DNA from: Myxococcota bacterium
GTDB taxonomy: Bacteria; Myxococcota_A; UBA9042; PHBI01; JAWLBL01
Direction of reading: 5' to 3'
NCBI GenBank assembly: GCA_041687695.1
Contig: JAWLBL010000052.1
Span: 1 to 23,745, forward strand
Length of the DNA: 23,745 nucleotides
Below are positions 21,301 to 23,745 of this stretch, in pieces; the first letter of the stretch is position 1; the number at the start of each line of letters is the position of its first letter. The notes beneath the pieces were generated by a model. The model had not been told where the DNA came from, did not search any database, and saw only the letters and a list, made by a program, of their open reading frames with translations. Made by a program: the position numbers and the translations under genes.

Positions 21301-21837
21301 GTCGGGGAAGGGCAGGTAGGCCTTGCCGTCGCGGGCGAAGTTGGCGAAGAGGGCGAAGGCGTGGCCGACGTCGACGACGACCAGGAAGGGGGGCCACTCG
21401 GGCAGGGCGCGGGCGTACTGGGCGGCCTGGCCGTAGGCGCGGTCCATGGCCTGGGACCAGCCGCGGCTGCCGCGGACGGCGGTGCCGAGCTTGCGGCGGA
21501 GCGGGGCGGCGAGGGGGACCGAGGGGGCGGCGGGGGCGGAGTCGCCGCCGGAGCCCTGCTTGGCCTCGAGGACGAAGCAGCCGCGGCGATAGAGATCGAT
21601 GCGGCCGGCGGAGGTCGAGCCGTCGCCGTGGCGGAAGGTGACGGCCTTTTCGAAGACGTAGGTGTTCAGGGCGTCGTCTTCGAGGGTCGGGTCGGGGCGG
21701 GGGACGCCGAGGAGATCGCACAGCTCGGAGAGGAAGGGCTGGGCGTTGGCCAGCTCGGCCCCGCCGGAGGAGCGCCACTTGGCGATGAAGGCGTCGACGT
21801 CGGCGGCGGCGGGGCGGGTGGCGATGGCTTGCGTCAC
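18349..21837 (-). CDS. MmeI-like type IIG/IIL restriction-modification enzyme (endonuclease + amino-MTase + TRD)
   Basis: PD-(D/E)xK nuclease GRIDLYRRGCFVLEAKQG; W..VEPAIFGTLLE; GAHFTP; motif I VLDPACGTGNFL; motif IV NPPF; C-terminal LHDDLDAAVFAAYGWP. GTG 21837 preceded by GGGGA; the Pro-rich extension to 22032 is judged spurious. Confidence 0.92.
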   Translation of the reverse strand: MTQAIATRPAAADVDAFIAKWRSSGGAELANAQPFLSELCDLLGVPRPDPTLEDDALNTYVFEKAVTFRHGDGSTSAGRIDLYRRGCFVLEAKQGSGGDSAPAAPSVPLAAPLRRKLGTAVRGSRGWSQAMDRAYGQAAQYARALPEWPPFLVVVDVGHAFALFANFARDGKAYLPFPDPATHRFLLDDLADPKVLDRLRRLWTDPLSLDPSRHAAKVTTHVAERLAVLATSLERQGHSPDLVADFLMRCLFTMFAEDVGLLPKDGFTKLLADMRETPAGLAAMIESLWRDMDRGGFSPALRQTILRFNGRFFHDVTVLPLDAAQIDLLIDAARTNWSEVEPAIFGTLLERALDPTERHALGAHFTPRAYVERLVFPTVIEPLRDEWQTVKAAAMTLLHNETGTERTRRERHDKAIETLRDFRRQLCAIRVLDPACGTGNFLYITLEHIKRLEGEVLETLADLGAGQEALDLAGVTVDPHQFLGIEKNPRAAAIAELVLWIGYLQWHYRQHGRVAPAEPVLRDFRNIEHRDAVLAFDAEEVVLDDTGRPVTRWDGETMKKHPVTGKDVPDETATRVLYRYTNARRAEWPEADFIVSNPPFLGNKRMRGALGDGYVQALRSAHPNVPDTADFVLYWWDVAAELVRSGRVRRFGFITTNSITQTFARKVIQPHLEAGISLAWAVPDHPWIDSANGAAVRISMSVGCHGSSAGVSAQSVAELPTADGEFDVLLETKSGNVNADFKVGANAGAASKLAANTGLCFQGYILVGKGFCISQQELQELGYAEDALPSVVRPWKNGRDLLQTPSHRHVIDFFGLTEDTARTAHPVLYQHLLDTVYPQRAQVARKNHRERWWIWGEARPGLRKATAGLGRIIVTNFAAKHRLFVFEAPKVAIDHNMYVIASDDSMLLGCLSSRIHITWMLAAGSTLEDRPLWINSTCFLPFPFPAPTEPQAARIRDLAEALDTHRKARQAAHPDLTLTNTYNVLAKLREGTPLTAKDKKVHEQALCSVLLKLHDDLDAAVFAAYGWPPTLTDEEILERLVALNAERAEEERRGLVRYLRPDYQAPAASSPAPTSEPDADTPDTPAAAPSPLPPTDPPPWPPTLVDRVRLVRATLQSLATPVTPESLARHFKRAPTDQVQEILDTLVLLGQARPTGQAKYTL

Positions 21838-21976
21838 GGTGGCTTGTCCCCAGCGAGGTGGCGGGCGGGTGAGCGGTCGCGGCGAGCGTAGGCGATGGGG
21901 TGAGGGGGGCGCAAGCGGGGCGGGGGCGGGGCGTGTGACCTGGGGGAGGGCGGGGTGCGGGGGCGGGGGAGGCGCG

Positions 21977-22282
21977 GGAGGGCTACGGGAGGGCGTCGGC
22001 GCCGGCAGGTGGGACTCGGTAGGACTCCGCATGCGCCTGGGGTCGGCAGGTGGGGCCGAGTAGAGCTACGACCAGGGATCTGTAGAAGGCGGGTGCGGCC
22101 GAGTAGGCCTACCGCGGAGCCGCTGGTCGCGTCAGGTGGGGTGGGGTAGGGCTACCGATGGGGGCCTGGCGCCGGCAGGAGGGGCTCGGTAGCGCTGCGC
22201 GAGGGTCTGAGCCGGGCAGGGGCGTGGCGGTAGGCCTACGGGAGTAGCTCGAACGCGGTCAGATGGCCCGCGGTAGGTCTGC
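21977..22282. repeat. ~42-bp periodic dual-palindrome array (7 units plus a terminal box)
   Basis: GTAGnnCTAC-like boxes at 21977, 22019, 22060, 22103, 22146, 22189, 22230, 22273. Each of the first seven is followed by 7-9 nt, a 15-nt CCTG-N7-CAGG-like box and exactly 9 nt. Confidence 0.85.
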
Positions 22283-22421
22283 GGATGTTCGAAGAGCTGC
22301 TTGGGAGCACGGGGCTGGTGCGGTGCAGGGGGCGGTTTGCGCGAGCGGCTCGACGGTGGTAGTCGTCGAAGTGGGCCCGATCGCGGGCCGTAACCTATCC
22401 CACATCCAGAGGAGAGGAGCG

Positions 22422-23150
22422 ATGGGCGACAAGTACATCGACTACGACGAGGTCGAGGAGTATGGCGGTCACCTGAGCACGATGGTGCCGAGGCTGTTCG
22501 GGGTGAGTCCGTTGGTGAACATGGAGGCGGTCAAGGCCGAGGTGGACGCCAAGGTCGCGGCGGTGCAGGTCGAGTTGGAGAAGGCCGGGCTGGTACGCAG
22601 CGTGGTGCGTGGTGCGGCCGGGGACATCGAGGAGCAGACGGCCAAGGGCAAGAAGCTCATCGAGCAGTTCTTCAACTACCTGGGGGCGCTGGACGAGGAC
22701 GTCCCGGTCGACCGCGAAGCCTTCTTCCCGGGCGGCAACAAGGGCGAGCTGTCGCGCCTCACGGCGTCGTCCGCAGCGGCCAGGATGGCGGGCATTCTGC
22801 GTGGGTTCGCGGTGCCGTCGAACGCGGCGCTGCCCGAGGGGGCCAGCTGGAAGGCGCGCTTCGAGCAGGCGCGGGCGGGGCTGGTGCAGACGTCGGGGGA
22901 CCGCGGTGGGGCGCGGGGCGACTCGATCGTCGCGACGGCGGAGCTGGTCGCGGCGCGGGACGGGTTCGTGAAGTTCTACAACGGCGTCGCCAAGCGGCTG
23001 GTGCTGGGCGCGCTGAACCACGTCGGGCGCGCGGGCGAGTACAAGCTGTTCTTCAAGGACCTGCAGGTCACCGAGCCGCGGACCTCGCCGTCCGGGTCGG
23101 GCGAGCCGGTGTCCGAGGCGCCGGCACCGCCCGAGCCGGTGGACGCCTGA
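22422..23150 (+). CDS. Hypothetical alpha-helical cytoplasmic protein (242 aa)
   Basis: ATG 22422 after a strong AGGAGAGGAG RBS; GC3-biased codons; helical composition with an AFFP motif; Pro/acidic tail; followed by a terminator. Confidence 0.85.
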   Translation: MGDKYIDYDEVEEYGGHLSTMVPRLFGVSPLVNMEAVKAEVDAKVAAVQVELEKAGLVRSVVRGAAGDIEEQTAKGKKLIEQFFNYLGALDEDVPVDREAFFPGGNKGELSRLTASSAAARMAGILRGFAVPSNAALPEGASWKARFEQARAGLVQTSGDRGGARGDSIVATAELVAARDGFVKFYNGVAKRLVLGALNHVGRAGEYKLFFKDLQVTEPRTSPSGSGEPVSEAPAPPEPVDA

Positions 23151-23154
23151 GGCC

Positions 23155-23194
23155 CGCGGGGGGCCCGGCCTTCGGGTCGGGCCCTCCGCGTTTT
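23155..23194 (+). terminator. Rho-independent terminator
   Basis: CGCGGGGGGCCCGGCC-TTCG-GGTCGGGCCCTCCGCG followed by TTTT, 4 nt after the stop codon. Confidence 0.85.
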
Positions 23195-23266
23195 GGGTGC
23201 CCGGCGGGATAGAGCTCCGGCTGGGATGGTCGGTGGGGTCATGGCGTCGGCGTGGCCGGTGGGTAG

Positions 23267-23745
23267 CCACCCGGCACCGGCGGTTGCGCCGTCGGCGCCG
23301 GGAAAGCGCCGGCATGGCCGGCGCACTCCGAAAGCGGGCCTGCGGCCCGCGTGAGCCGCGAATGCGCACGATCCCGCGACGCCAGCCGCGTACGCCGCCG
23401 CAGGCGGCTTTCGGAGTGCTCGGCCCATGGCCGAGCTTTGCGCCGGCGTGGCCGGCGCGTCGCCACCCGGCGCCGCCGGCTGCGCCGTCGGCGCCGGGAA
23501 AGCGCCGGCATGGCCGGCGCACTCCGAAAGCGGGCCTGCGGCCCGCGTGAGCCGCGAATGCGCGCGATCCTCCGAGTTTTTGGCCCGCGTGAGCCGCGAA
23601 TGCGCGCGTTCCCGCGACGCCAGCCGCGTACGCCGCCGCAGGCGGCTCTCGGAGTGCTCGGCCCATGGCCGAGCTTTGCGCCGGCGTGGCCGGCGCGTCG
23701 CCACCCGGCGCCGGCGGCTGCGCCGTCGGCGCCGGGAAAGCGCCG
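23267..23745. repeat. REP/REPIN-like tandem array (~196-bp unit, runs off the window end)
   Basis: Units start at 23267, 23463, 23701; the second has a 42-bp internal duplication. Each complete unit holds AAAGCGCCGGCATGGCCGGCGCACTCCG and an inverted CGGAGTGCTCGGCCCATGGCCGAGCTTT. Confidence 0.9.

Noticed and set aside
21845..21856. 12-bp match TGTCCCCAGCGA shared with 9267-9278
   Set aside because: A short GC-rich match that coincides with the RM gene's RBS (GGGGA); chance cannot be excluded.
19723..21891. 722-aa plus-strand ORF
   Set aside because: Antisense shadow of the RM gene.
21838..22032. Pro-rich N-terminal extension of the RM enzyme
   Set aside because: Low-complexity translation of a G-rich intergenic tract; family-like sequence begins after GTG 21837, which has an RBS-like motif.
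21977..22282. Canonical CRISPR or established TIGR-Tas call
   Set aside because: The repeats are too short and degenerate for CRISPR, and I cannot see TIGR box C/D motifs or a Nop domain in the adjacent protein. Kept only as an architectural analogy.
22395..23704. Minus-strand ORFs over the terminal repeats
   Set aside because: Translations of the REP-like array and of the antisense strand of 22422-23150.

Overview
GC-rich bacterial DNA, most consistent with Myxococcota/Deltaproteobacteria (inferred from Cys-rich lipoproteins and a MYXO-CTERM-like tail). It opens with a tandem AAA+ ATPase and a secreted Glucodextran_C/DOMON-like protein on +. A ~19 kb run of minus-strand genes follows (2712-21837): Cys-rich lipoproteins, a VOC protein, two 79%-identical 132-aa lipoproteins, a lower-GC 1101-aa HExxH metalloprotease, a zinc-ribbon membrane protein, a C2-domain lipoprotein and an MmeI-like type IIG/IIL restriction-modification enzyme with an apparently swapped specificity region. 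The window ends with a divergent 242-aa helical hypothetical protein with a terminator, then a REP-like array. The two most unusual signals are non-coding. (1) A ~42-bp-period dual-palindrome array (GTAGnnCTAC / 7-9 nt / CCTG-N7-CAGG / 9 nt; 7 units plus an 8th box) lies between the RM gene and the hypothetical gene. (2) A family of GGTGTCAGGGTTC-type elements, plus 41-bp direct repeats, sits at gene junctions and duplication breakpoints of the lower-GC secreted-protein cluster, giving it a cassette-like look. No rRNA, tRNA, CRISPR-Cas, integrase or transposase was recognised.
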